A stretch of DNA of 64,000 nt from Carcharhinus amblyrhynchos (taxonomy: Eukaryota). Under the pieces are notes generated by a model. That model was not told where the DNA came from. It saw nothing but the letters and a program-made list of their open reading frames with translations, and ran no database searches. This document shows, in pieces, positions 50,401-61,555 of this stretch. The stretch is from assembly GCA_965287045.1 (NCBI GenBank), contig OZ336873.1, positions 75,392,001-75,456,000 of the forward strand. Direction: 5' to 3'. A program made the translations under genes and the position numbers. Positions within the stretch are counted from its first letter, which is position 1. The number at the start of each line of letters is the position of its first letter.

Positions 50401-51600
50401 CCAGGCAGTCATTGGTGTCAAGTCAATGCATCCTGAAACTGGATCCTCAGGGCCCAGAGCTGCTCGGGAGTGTCCTGCAAGGCCATCTGTAGTTCCCACC
50501 CCACACCACCCTCCGAAATGTAGTGACTGACTCTTTATATTATTTGACTTGTGGCCTGACTAGAGTTTTACACAGTTTTAGCATAACCTCCATGTCTCTT
50601 ATATTTTATACAGTCTTTCTGTCTCATTTCAATTCTGCCCTTATTACCTTGTTCATCCATGGTGTGTCATTATTTTCTTGATTTCAGTGGGATATATTTC
50701 TCTTGCTCTGTATTGGGTACCATTTTAATGTTTCTCACTGCTGTTTTTCTTTTGTGTTCGTGAGTGAATTTTCCAATTTACTTTCCTTCATGCCATTGTC
50801 ATTCCCTTAAAGCAACTTCTTTCCAATTTATTATTTTGGTTTTTGTCTTACAAATGAAATGCTCAAACTGTATCTTAAGTTTTCTTATATTGTGATCACC
50901 GGATGCTTCTAAGCTTACTTGTCTTATCTGTCTACTGCATTTCACAACAGTACATCCAGCAGTGCTCCCTTTCTTGTTATGACAAGCAAAATAATATACA
51001 AGATGCATTAGAGATGAAAAATTACTTGCTGCAATATTTATTGGCACATTCGTATGGCATTGTTATAAATGCCATTTAAAATATGCTTAAATTTGCACAA
51101 TGTCATGTAAGTGTGTTAATTGTTTGTTCCTTAATGGCTTTTTAGCAATTTCTAGGTTAATGAAATCAATCATATTTTCCTTACATTTGACACTGCTAAG
51201 TGACCAAGCTACTGACACATAGTCAACATTTTAATCCAAGCTTTAGTACTTTTGGTTCTTTAATTTGAAAAAGCATTGCAATATTATACTTGGTCAGATA
51301 GACAACATATATACACCTGGGAAAGAAAGCTAATTTTTGGCTTTCGGAGAACATACTTTTTAGGCAAAAATCACAAAGAATATATTTTTCAGAGGCTAAC
51401 TTTCAGCTAAAACATGCCCTTCCAGCACACCAAACAAGGCTATCAAAAAAACCAACAAAGTAATGGTGCCCACACCACTTTATTGATAGTTTATTGACTA
51501 TCTCTCTATTTTTATTAAGGACCTTCCTCCGCAAGCCCCCTCCCTGGGAGATGAAGCAGCAGAGTCAATCATATCTCCAAATTCAGTGATGACAGGGGAT

Positions 51601-52548
51601 CACATAAGAAACAGGAGCAGGAATAGGCCATCTAGCCCTTCGAGCCTGCCCCGCCATTCAATAAGATCATGGCTGATCTGAAGTGGCTCAGTTCCACTTT
51701 CTCGCTCTCTCCCCATAACCCTTAATCCCCTTGCCTACCAACAACCTATCTACCCGTGACTTAAATATATTTAGCAAGGTAGCCTCCACCACTTCAACGG
51801 GTAGAGAATTCCAGAGATTCACCACCCTTTGAGTGAAGAAGTTCCTCCTCAACTCTAGTCTAAACTGCCCCGCCCACCCTTATCTTGAGGCTGTGCCCCC
51901 TAGTCCTGCTATCCTTTCTAAGCGGGAAGAATCTCTCTACCTCTACCCTATCCATCCCTTTCATTATCTTGTACGTCGCTATAAGATCCCCCGCTCATCC
52001 TTCTAAACTCCAACGAGTACAGACCCAGTCTATTTAGTCTCTCTTCATAGTCCAACTTCCTCATCTCCGGTATCAGCCTAGTGAACCTCCTCTGCACTCC
52101 CTCCAAGGCCAAAATATCCTTGTGCAAGTGCAGCGACCAAAACTGCACACAGTACTCCAGCTGCGGCCTCACCAGTGCCCTGTACAGTTGCAGCAAGACC
52201 TCCCTGCTTTTATATTTTATCCCCCTCGCTATAAAGGCCAGCATACCATTCGCCTTCTTGATCACCTGCTGCACCTGCAGACTGGGTTTTTGCGACTCAT
52301 GCACAAGGACCCCCAGGTCCCTCTGCACCGTAGCATGCTGCAGCTTTTCGCCCTTTAAATAGTAATCCCTCCTACTATTATTCCTGCCAAAGTGGATAAC
52401 CTCACACTTGCTAACATTATACTCCATCTGCTAGGTCCTCGCCCACTCGCTCAGCCTATCCAAATCCCTCTGCAGACTTTCCACACCCTCCGCGCAATTT
52501 GCTTTTCCACCCATCTTGGTGTCATCAGCAAATTTCGTCACCCTACAC
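51601..52548 (-). mobile_element. Young CR1 3' fragment, subfamily of 2008-4319
   Basis: The 159-aa frame MEYNVSKCEVIHFG...[22 protein letters not shown] is open, with the reverse 3' UTR at the left. Confidence 0.93.
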
Positions 52549-55500
52549 TCAGCAACAGGGGAAGGAAAGGTCTTGCTTCAGCATGCTATACTGAAGATAC
52601 CCAACCTATTACCTAACCTTTGGTTCAGGGGAATTGCACTGTGTCTGTATTCACAAGGATTCAACTGTCAATGCCTCTAGAGCCTCCCAGGAACGCTAAG
52701 GGTGATGGTTGAGGACACAAAGCTTGGGGGGTTTATTTATTCAATGTTCATATTGGAAATTGGTCTCTACATTCTGCTTCCTAATGCGCTGTTTATTTCT
52801 CTTGGGTGATTTGTTGGCTTCTTCCGCCAAAGAATCAAACTTGGTCTGCATTCTTCCTGTCACAATTGACAGGTAGGAACTGAAGGAAATACAGTATGTG
52901 TCACTTTTTAATGAACAATGATTGAGGTATTTGATGTGATTATACTTTGGTTCAGAAATTTTTGGGCTTTGATCCCTGAAAAAACAACTTTTACACAAGA
53001 TAAATGAAAAATTACCTTTTTCTTCTGGCCAGAAATCACAGGGTGAATTCTTATAAAGAACTGACTTTTACACATGTATATATAGTGGTCTGAATATGTT
53101 TTGTGTTTGGGTCCTATAACTTTTCAGAAATGGGCTCCAGACAGGCTGATGTGTTCAAAGCTACAGACAAGGGGACAAACTAATGTTCGACTTGCTAGTG
53201 TTTCATCCCCATCATTGTTGTGTGAAGAGTTATATCTGAATTACTTCTGCATATTTTCAGACATTGTGCTTTCTTTTCACTCTGTTTAAGAGGTAATGGG
53301 TGTAATACCAGGCTCTCCCTGAAAAGCATGTGGGATTTATTGATTAATTCATTCAATCATTCAGAACTAATCATTCAGAATCTAAGGGATTTTCAGATTA
53401 CCCACGTCGTGTTTTCTGGCAATCGAGGCAGCTCATCATAGGCTGCCAGTGGGGTCTACTGATTCTGCAGATGTCTGCAGCATTTTGCAGGGGGAATGCA
53501 GTGATTCACCTTAAAAAGGACCAGGAGCTCTTGCCAGTGGGGAAGATCAGAAAAATCCAAACTAAGGCTGTAATTATTCTGCAACTGTGGGAAACACTGT
53601 ATTGTTTCATCGACACTGTGTGCTGTAATAATGGTGTGAATGCAACTTACAATAAGAGTCAGGACACAGCATGCCTCGGAGGAGGCAGTCTCATTTTGCT
53701 TGGCTTTTCAGATGGTTTGGGCACAATACTCAATTAACAAGGTACAAGTTTAATATCAGTGGCAAACAGAAGGCAGTTCACACTGGTCCTAAACCGTTAG
53801 TGAGAGTGCACCCTCAAACAATGTTAAGTATTATTGGCAGTTCACATTTCTATAATAAGGCTAACAAAGCTGTCATTTCAGAGTCATAAAAATATGTTCA
53901 TTTCTTATTTCGGAAAGCAGCGATTCTAATTTATTCTCAAAAAGGCCAAAAAGAAAACAAGTCTGAATTGAAAACAAATTCAGGTACTAATTTAGCGCAA
54001 GAAAACCAATACATAATGATCAGGCTGTGACAACACAATCAATATTATTTTAATTAACATGAAGGCAAAAAATATTAGAAGTAGCCTGGTTTCTATTCAG
54101 CTCCAGTGAATGCAAAAACCATCAAGTTAAATAGAAGTTCTATCGAAGTCAAACAGAACTGTATGGCAGTGTCATACAACAAAGCTGCGTAAAAATCCTT
54201 GGCCTGGATTTTTATCGAGTTGGGATGATTGAGGAGCGCTTTAGGAATGACGGCCAGAGCCTGATTCCAGGATTCCCTACTCCATTCCCGGGGTTTTCAA
54301 TGTTCAACAGGACCTTTAAAGACTGCGGGCTGGTTCAGACCATGCGCCTGTATCCTGACCTGGCTGGCTCTGTTTTGAGGATGTCTTAGTCCTCTGCAAT
54401 CTTCATCGGGAGGAATTCTCCAATGTTGAGACAAAGTGCAGTGGTGGGTGGCTCTGATAGTGCCTGTCCTGCTGAGCAGAATGATGGGTACTCCAGCCAC
54501 ATTCTGCTATTGGAACCTCATTAATTATACAGACACTGAGGAGCATGCAAAAGGTGGAAAGCAACACAGACAGGAGTTTTAAAAATGTAGTCACACTCAA
54601 GGTTCAGGCAGATAGATGGGTGACCACTAGAAGGGGAAGGCAGACAGTGCAGGACCCCCTCTGGCTCACCCCTCTAACAAATATATTGTTTTAGACTGTT
54701 GTGGTGGGGTTGCCTATTGGGGATGGCGATAGCAGCAGCCAGAGTGGTGACACCACAGCTAACTCTGTTGTACTGCAGGGAGGGTCAAAGTGCAGTACAG
54801 TAGTAGTAATAGGGGACTCTATAGTCAGGGACACAGATAGGTGTTTCTGTGACCACAAAAGAGACTCTAGAAAAGTGTGTTCCCTCCCTGGTGCCAGGAT
54901 CAAGGATGTCTCTAAACGGGTGTGTGACATTCTCAAAAGGGAGGATGAGCAACTGGAGGTTGTGGTACACTTTAGTACCAACGACAGGAAGTTTAGTACC
55001 AACGACAGCAAAATGAGTTTAGGAAGTTAGGTACTAAGTTGAAAAGCAGGATTGTAATCTCGGGATTACTCCGTGCCACATACCAGTGATGCTAGAAATA
55101 GGACGATAATTTAGTTAAATAGGTGACTTAAGAGCTGGTGTAGGAGGGAGGGTTTCACATATGTGGATCATTGAAATGTCTCCCAGGACAGATGGGACCT
55201 TTACAGGGCCAGGTTGCAACTAAACTGGAGGGTCACAAATATCTTGGGAGGGAGGTTTGCAAGCATCACTCAGGAGGGTTTAAACTAGTGTGGCAGGGGG
55301 GTGAGAACTAGAGCAGTAGGTCAGTAATTGAAATGATCGAGAAGGAGTAAGAGACTACAGCCAGTAAGGCTAAGAGGAAGAAAAGACAGGGAGAGGTTGT
55401 TGAAAATGGAGGGACTAGTGGTCTGAAGTGTATTTGTTTTAATATGAGGAGTATGATAGGTAAGGCAGGTAAATTTAGAGATTGGATTTGTACATGTGAC

Positions 55501-55677
55501 AATGATGTTTTAGCTATCATAGAGACTTGGTTGCGAGACGGATAAGACTGGCATCTTAACATTCCAGAATTTAGATACTTCAGGCGTGATAGATGGAATG
55601 TAAAAGAGATGGGGGAGTTGCGTTACAGATTAGAGAAAATATCACAGTGGTACTGAGGGAGAGTGTTCATCCAGTGG

Positions 55678-55775
55678 ACACAGTAAGAAGTCTCACAACA
55701 CCAGATTAAAGTCCAACAGGTTTATTTGGAATCACGAGCTTTCAGAATGCTGCTCCTTCATCAGGTGAGTGGAAT
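55678..55775 (-). mobile_element. Single-arm Penelope pLTR fragment at the CR1 deletion breakpoint
   Basis: Reads acacagtaagaagtctcacaacaccagattaaagtccaacaggtttatttgg, same family as 12389-13473. Confidence 0.85.
55733..55767 (-). ncRNA. Minimal hammerhead ribozyme motif with a C17 cleavage site
   Basis: Minus strand reads cac-CUGAUGA-a-ggag(cagca)uucu-GAAA-gc-UC-gug. Helix II is weakened by G-U pairs. Confidence 0.62.
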
Positions 55776-56616
55776 GTAACAGGTTATAAAAAAGGCATTA
55801 GGTGTTTTGAAAAGCATTAAGGTAGACAAATCCCTGAGACCTGATAGGATCCAGCAATTTCCAAGGGAGGAAATTGCTGGGGCCTTGTACAAAATCTTTG
55901 CATCATCTTTAGTCACAGGAGAGGTCCCAGAGGACTGGAGAATAGCCAATATTGTTCTTTTGCTTCAGAAAGGCAACAGGAATAATCAGGAAAATTATAG
56001 GCTGGTGAACCTTAGGTCAGTGGTAGGTAATTATTGGAGAAGATTCTTAGGCACAGAATTTACACACACTTGGAACAACATGCAATGAGGTCATATCTCA
56101 CAAGCTTGATTGAGTTTTTTGATGAAGTGACAAAGATGATTGGTAGGGTGGTGAATGTTGTCTACATGGACTTTGGCAAGGCTTTTGACAAGATCCCTCA
56201 TGGCAGGCTGATACAGAAGATGAAGTCACATGGTATCCACATAAGCTGGTCATAGAAGTCAGAGAGTAGCAGTGGAAGGGTGTTTTTTTGACTGGAGATC
56301 TGTTATCAGTGGTGTTTCACATTGATCAGTGATGGTCCCTTGTTGTTTCTAATATAGATAAATGATTTGGAGGAGAATGTAAGTGGTCTGATTAGTAAGC
56401 TTATGGATGACACAAAGGGAAGCTACAGATAACGAGGAGGATTGCCAGAGAATACAGCAGGATATGAAAAGGCTAGAGACTTGAGTAGAGAAATGGCAGA
56501 TGGAATTTAATCCAGACAAATGCGAGGTGATGCATTATGGAAGGGAAAATGACAGAGAAAAGTATACAGTAAATGGATACACTAATTGGCAGAACACTTA
56601 CCATACAGAGGGATAG

Positions 56617-56918
56617 AGTCATAGAATCCTACAGTGCGAAGGAAGTCATTCAGCCTACATCGACCACAATCTCACCCAGGGCCGATCCCCACAACTCCAT
56701 GCATTTACCCTAGCTAGCTCCCCTGACGCTAAGGGGCAACTTAACATGGTCAATCCACCTAACCCACACATCTTTGGAGTGTGGAAGCTGGAGCACCCTG
56801 AGGAAACCCACATGAACACAGAGAGAATGTGCAAACTCCACACTAACAGTGACGCAAGACTGGAATCAAACCCAGCAACCTGGCGCTGTGAGGCAGCAGT
56901 GCTAACCACTGTACCACC
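56617..56918 (-). mobile_element. HE1/V-SINE nested in CR1
   Basis: Has the reverse head gcgctgtgaggcagcagtgctaaccactgtaccacc and the V-core. Confidence 0.87.
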
Positions 56919-58129
56919 CAAACCAGGATCTAGGCATAGAGATTCACAGTTCCCTGAAAGTGGCAACACAAGTGGATAAGGTGGTCAAAAAGGCATATGG
57001 CAAATTTGTCTTCATCGGTCAAGGCAAAGAGTATAAAAATTGGCAAGTCATTTTGTAGCCACATTTCGGATACTACCTACAGTTCTGGTTGCCACACTAC
57101 CAGATGTGGAGGCTTTGGAAAGGATACTGAAAAGATTTATGAGGATGTTGCCTGGTTTGGAGGTATTAACTATGAGGAGAGATTGGACAAACTTGGTTTA
57201 TTTTCACTTGAACATTGGAGGCTGAAGGATGACCTGATAGAAGTTTACAAAATTATGAGAGGCACGGATAAAATGGAGTCTATTTCCCAGGGTGGAAATG
57301 TCAATTATTAGGAAATATAGATTTATGGTAAAAGGGGGAAAGTTTAAAGGAGATGTGAGAGACACGTTTTTACACAGAGGGTGGCAAGTAGCTGGAATGT
57401 GCTATCAGAAGAGGTGATAAAAGCAGATACAACAGCAATGCTTAAGAAGCATCTTGACAGACAGATGAATAGGTGGGGAAGAGAGGGATACGAAGCGCAT
57501 GGAGGCAGAATATTTTTAGTTTAAAAAGGCGTCATGTGCAGTGCGGGCTTGGTGGCCAAAGGGCCTATTCCTGTGCTGTGCTGTTCTTTGTTTTGTTATT
57601 TGTACAGGTGAGTTCCCCTCTGACTCTCCTGGCAGGCCCTTAGCTGTCAGGTTCAAAGGTCCCAGCAAGATATTTAAACAGCACTTCAGCTCACTCGTCA
57701 TCATTCTTTCTAGCCTACTTGTTTTCACTGGAAATGCAGGATGTCAGCAACACAGAGGAAAAAGGCCAACAGCCTCAAGAGGAAGTCTGTTCCTTGATTC
57801 AAACACTGTCCCCGAGTTCATCACCTGCCCAAGTTTCATTTGTATCTCTACCCATCATCTCAAGAGTCTTCATCCATCCCCTTCCATTAAACAATGTGGT
57901 ATCCCTTAGACCCCCTTGTTTGTGAGCTTTTCGTACAGCCTTATCAGCATTCAGCTTCCCTCCCCTTGGTCTTCACTTTGCTATCCATTCATTGTTCATC
58001 TTCTTCACTCACCTTGCCGCCCTTCTGTCTGCAATCCTGAGTCCTTACCCTACCCTTGCTCCTTGCACAGTCCTCCTTCCGCACTGCCCCGCTTGTCTTC
58101 ATCAGGTCACCAAAGCCATCCCCCTCACC

Positions 58130-58690
58130 TTGTATTCCACCCCCTGTTGAACTTTTGATCATTGTTGTAAGGGCTGCATGAGTCCCACTGTAGTGTGCTG
58201 TCCAGGGAGACACTGATGTGTGGCACGGTAATCTCCAACCCCAGGTTCGGTACCGATCTGACTTGGTGTCACAGGAGGGTCCATGGGTCCAGCAGCACAA
58301 TGCTGACCATGAAGACCAGCTTGGCATGGAAATGGAGGGCAGGAGCTGGTCTGCCCAGCACATCAGGCGCATCAGGAGCAGTGCAGCACTATGGCAGTGT
58401 TGCACTCATCTCAATGTTTATTGACAACTGAGGACTACCTTGTAAATGACTAATTAGCAATTGGGCTTGACGCCGATGTGATTTCCCATGGGCATAATTG
58501 GAGGGCCTGATGGGACACTGATGGGCATTCATGAGATGCAAATGCTAGCGGAATGACCAGTTTGTCATAGGGAGAATTACAATGTAGTTTTATGCCTGGT
58601 TTCTGACGTTTTAGCTCCTGCCAGATTCTGCACACCCACCCACTACTAAATGTGCTGCAGGCAGATTGGGAGAATTCTACCCATGGAATC
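58130..58690 (-). mobile_element. Possible Harbinger-derived element end with a very decayed Myb/SANT-like start
   Basis: Minus frame GRPAPALHFHAKLVFMVS and a terminal gggagaattctaccc resembling the MITE termini. Weak evidence. Confidence 0.3.
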
Positions 58691-61555
58691 GGGTCAGACT
58701 TTTCTATGAGTCATGGTTCATGACTCATTAAAGGTACTGTAAACCATAGTCCGACTTTTTAAAGGATAAGCTCAATATGTCCTCTCCATGTTCTCCCGTG
58801 CCTAGGTATGACACCACACATCCACTATGGCTCCTCATGCCATGGCATGCTCCCCAAACAACTTTTATGCCCTCTCATGTCCCCATGCTAAGTTAAAGCC
58901 CACAAACAATTCCTATGGTCACTCATGAACCCCTTGCCAAGCTATGGCACTTCCATATCCACTATATGTTGCATAAAATGAATGAATCCTGGAGTGGCAG
59001 TAGAAGTGTAATTTTTTCTTACGTCAGTCATCAGTAAAAAAGACTCCTTTTAATTACAGCCCAAGAGAAGTATCAATCATCCAGATCCTTGAAACAGCTT
59101 TTTCTTGTGCAAATAAACATCGTGAAATTAACAGCAGAGTTCAGAGAGCCAGAGCTATCAATCAAACTATATTTTCCCTAGGGCTCAGATATTTTATAAC
59201 CCTAATGGATATCTGGGCTCTTAGCCAAGAATCCATAATGGTTGAGGGAGCCCAGAAATTCATCAGCATTTTGAAACAGCTGAGTCCCCAAAGAAAGCAA
59301 TGCTTCATTGACAGCTCTGGCTCTGATTCCTGTTGTAAATGTCACAATGTTTACTACACAAGATCAAGAGTTTCAAGTGCTTGCAGCTTCAGCAGTTGAA
59401 ACTTTAAAGAGATTGGATGATTGACATTTTCATTGGTTTTTAGTAAAAAGTATTTTCTAAGAAAGTGGAAAGTTAGCAAAACCTGTCCTGAATGCTATTT
59501 TTTTAGACATCCTGTTATCACTATTTTGTTTGCTTCTTTACTGTGTATCGTGGGTGACTGGGCATGGAAGTACCATACCTTGGAAAACAAGTCATTAGAG
59601 GCCAGTGGGGTTGTTTGGGAGGACATCCCTTGTTACTGGGGCATAATAGGTCACTGGTCATGTTGGGTGACATATTTGGCATGGAGCCATAATGGATGCA
59701 TGAGGTGGTACGGATGAGGCATGAGGTGCGTGGTGTGCTGAGGGTTGGAGGGTCTTTTAATTTTAATTGGGATGAAGTCTCAGAACACTGAGTGCGTCTT
59801 TTAAACAGTTACCTGGGCACCTTCTATTGTCTACCAAATTTTTCCTGGGTCAGCTGGCTCGAACCCAGCCTGCACCCACCCCGATAATGGAAATCCTCCC
59901 ACTATGGACACTTTCTCCCATGAAGGGTGGGCAGAGCTGGGAATTTTCCAAAATTTCATTAGCCACCCGAATAATGAACATCCAGGCCCTTATCACCACC
60001 TTTAACACAAAAGGAATTTATTTTCAAAGTATCACTTGCTCCTTCTTTGTTGCTTCCATTGGCTCCAAAAGGGCTCAGGACAAAAGCACAATATTGATTA
60101 ATTGTCAAAACTAGTTCAAAATTAAGACCAAAAAAGCAACTTTTGGATTTGTGAGAAAGTGGCAATGAAACCAATCGCAGTCCAACATGACCAATGGAGT
60201 GTTATTAGAATCCTCTGAGTTGAAACTCCGCATTTGCAGGCAGTCGATCATGTAAATGGCAGCCTGTACTGAAGTGCAATAATAATAACCATTGTACTGA
60301 ATATTCTGGCTATGAAGCTCCAGTAGCAAGCAGTCCAAGTTTGTAAATTACTGATAGAGAAAACCATATCAGGTTTGCCTTTCTTGTCTTTCAGCTCCTT
60401 GGACAAAAGGAATTAGTTTTGAACAATATTTGTTTTAATGGCAAATGTCACAAATGTGTAAAGAAACATGTGTAGATACTGAGGACCTTTAAAAGCAGAA
60501 TTCTAAGTGGAAAGATCAAATAAACTAATGAAATTCCAAATTTTATATATTGAAAAGCAATGATGATGAATATATGAAATACATTGACAAAACGACAGAT
60601 AGGGAACTGTGTGAAGCTCAAGGAATCATGCAATGAAAACCATGTAAGAGCACAAGTAAATGCACTGTGATGCTAGCAAGAATGAAAGGAGATACTTCAT
60701 AAGTCGGTGACCATCAGCAACACAAACATACAGGAGGTGATTAGAAAGCCCACTAGTTGTGGTTTTCCAGATGTGGAAGAGGTGATGTTTTGTGGTTCTC
60801 TTAATGTCATAGAGTCATTTTCATATTTCTGTCATGTTCTTATGTCACATTTCTCAGAGTGTCATTCATCAAGCTAGTGTACTGTTTCATTCTTTCCCTC
60901 CTGTCTGTTGGCCTGTGAATTGACGGTGCTGTTGTGTGGGAACTATCCAGTACAGCACGGCTCTCCTACATTGAATATTACCACCCGTTTGGGCAGAAAA
61001 AGAACATGTCATGACCTGTAAAGTCCTCCCACCATAATCGTACAGGCCTCAGATTTCCATCCCACACTATCGTCGACATTTGCAGATGACTCACTTCTTA
61101 CAGTTATCAGTGGCTTCATTTCCTTCTCATTAAGATGATAAACTGAATAATAGGCTTGGTTCTGATTCAGTGATTAAAATTTTTACAGTGTTGCTAACAG
61201 TGACTCAGAGTCATAGTCCTGTAACAGGTGGCTGTAAAGGTTTTCCAAACTCCTAGTGCATTTCCTGGAGATGGGCTTGGTACGATGACAGTAGACTGCC
61301 TGGGAGTAGCAAGAAAGCAATTAAGGTATTTTATGAGCCAATTAGAGCCCATTTTACCACAGTTGTGCAATCTTCAGAGCACCACACAGGCCCCAGCAAC
61401 TCAGAGGAGGTTGCTGCACAATGGGTGATCGAAATGAAGCATTTTAAGAATGCACCTGAAAAATACGGCAGGGGTGCTATTGCCCTGGGTCAGAAACTTG
61501 CCACTAACTCAGGATCTGCTGGAAACTGATATGGTGGCTCCCTGCTGATAAATAT

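Larger units (their letters stand above)
54585..57598 (+). mobile_element. Long decayed CR1 (ORF1 esterase, APE start, internal deletion, RT, 3' tail) with nested Penelope piece and SINE
   Basis: Encodes VVVIGDSIVRDTDR..CSLPGARIKDV (GDS esterase motif), CICFNMRSM..AIIETW (APE start), GEVPEDWRIAN and DFGKAFDKIPHG. It ends in a gttctttgtt tail. Confidence 0.9.

Noticed and set aside
8320-56918. tRNA genes suggested by A/B-box motifs (gtggttagca.. / ggttcaattcc)
   Set aside because: All are heads of SINEs continuing into SINE cores; none forms a complete cloverleaf.
60111-60350. Acceptor-like site and short minus-strand ORF
   Set aside because: No donor or CNKSR homology, and frames from the acceptor stop early.
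60686-61100. Minus-strand frame ending in a hydrophobic, GPI-signal-like C-terminus (..LVGFLITSCMFVLLMVTDL*)
   Set aside because: The frame has several TGA and TAG stops upstream, no good acceptor and no recognisable family. The TAG stops exclude a selenoprotein reading.
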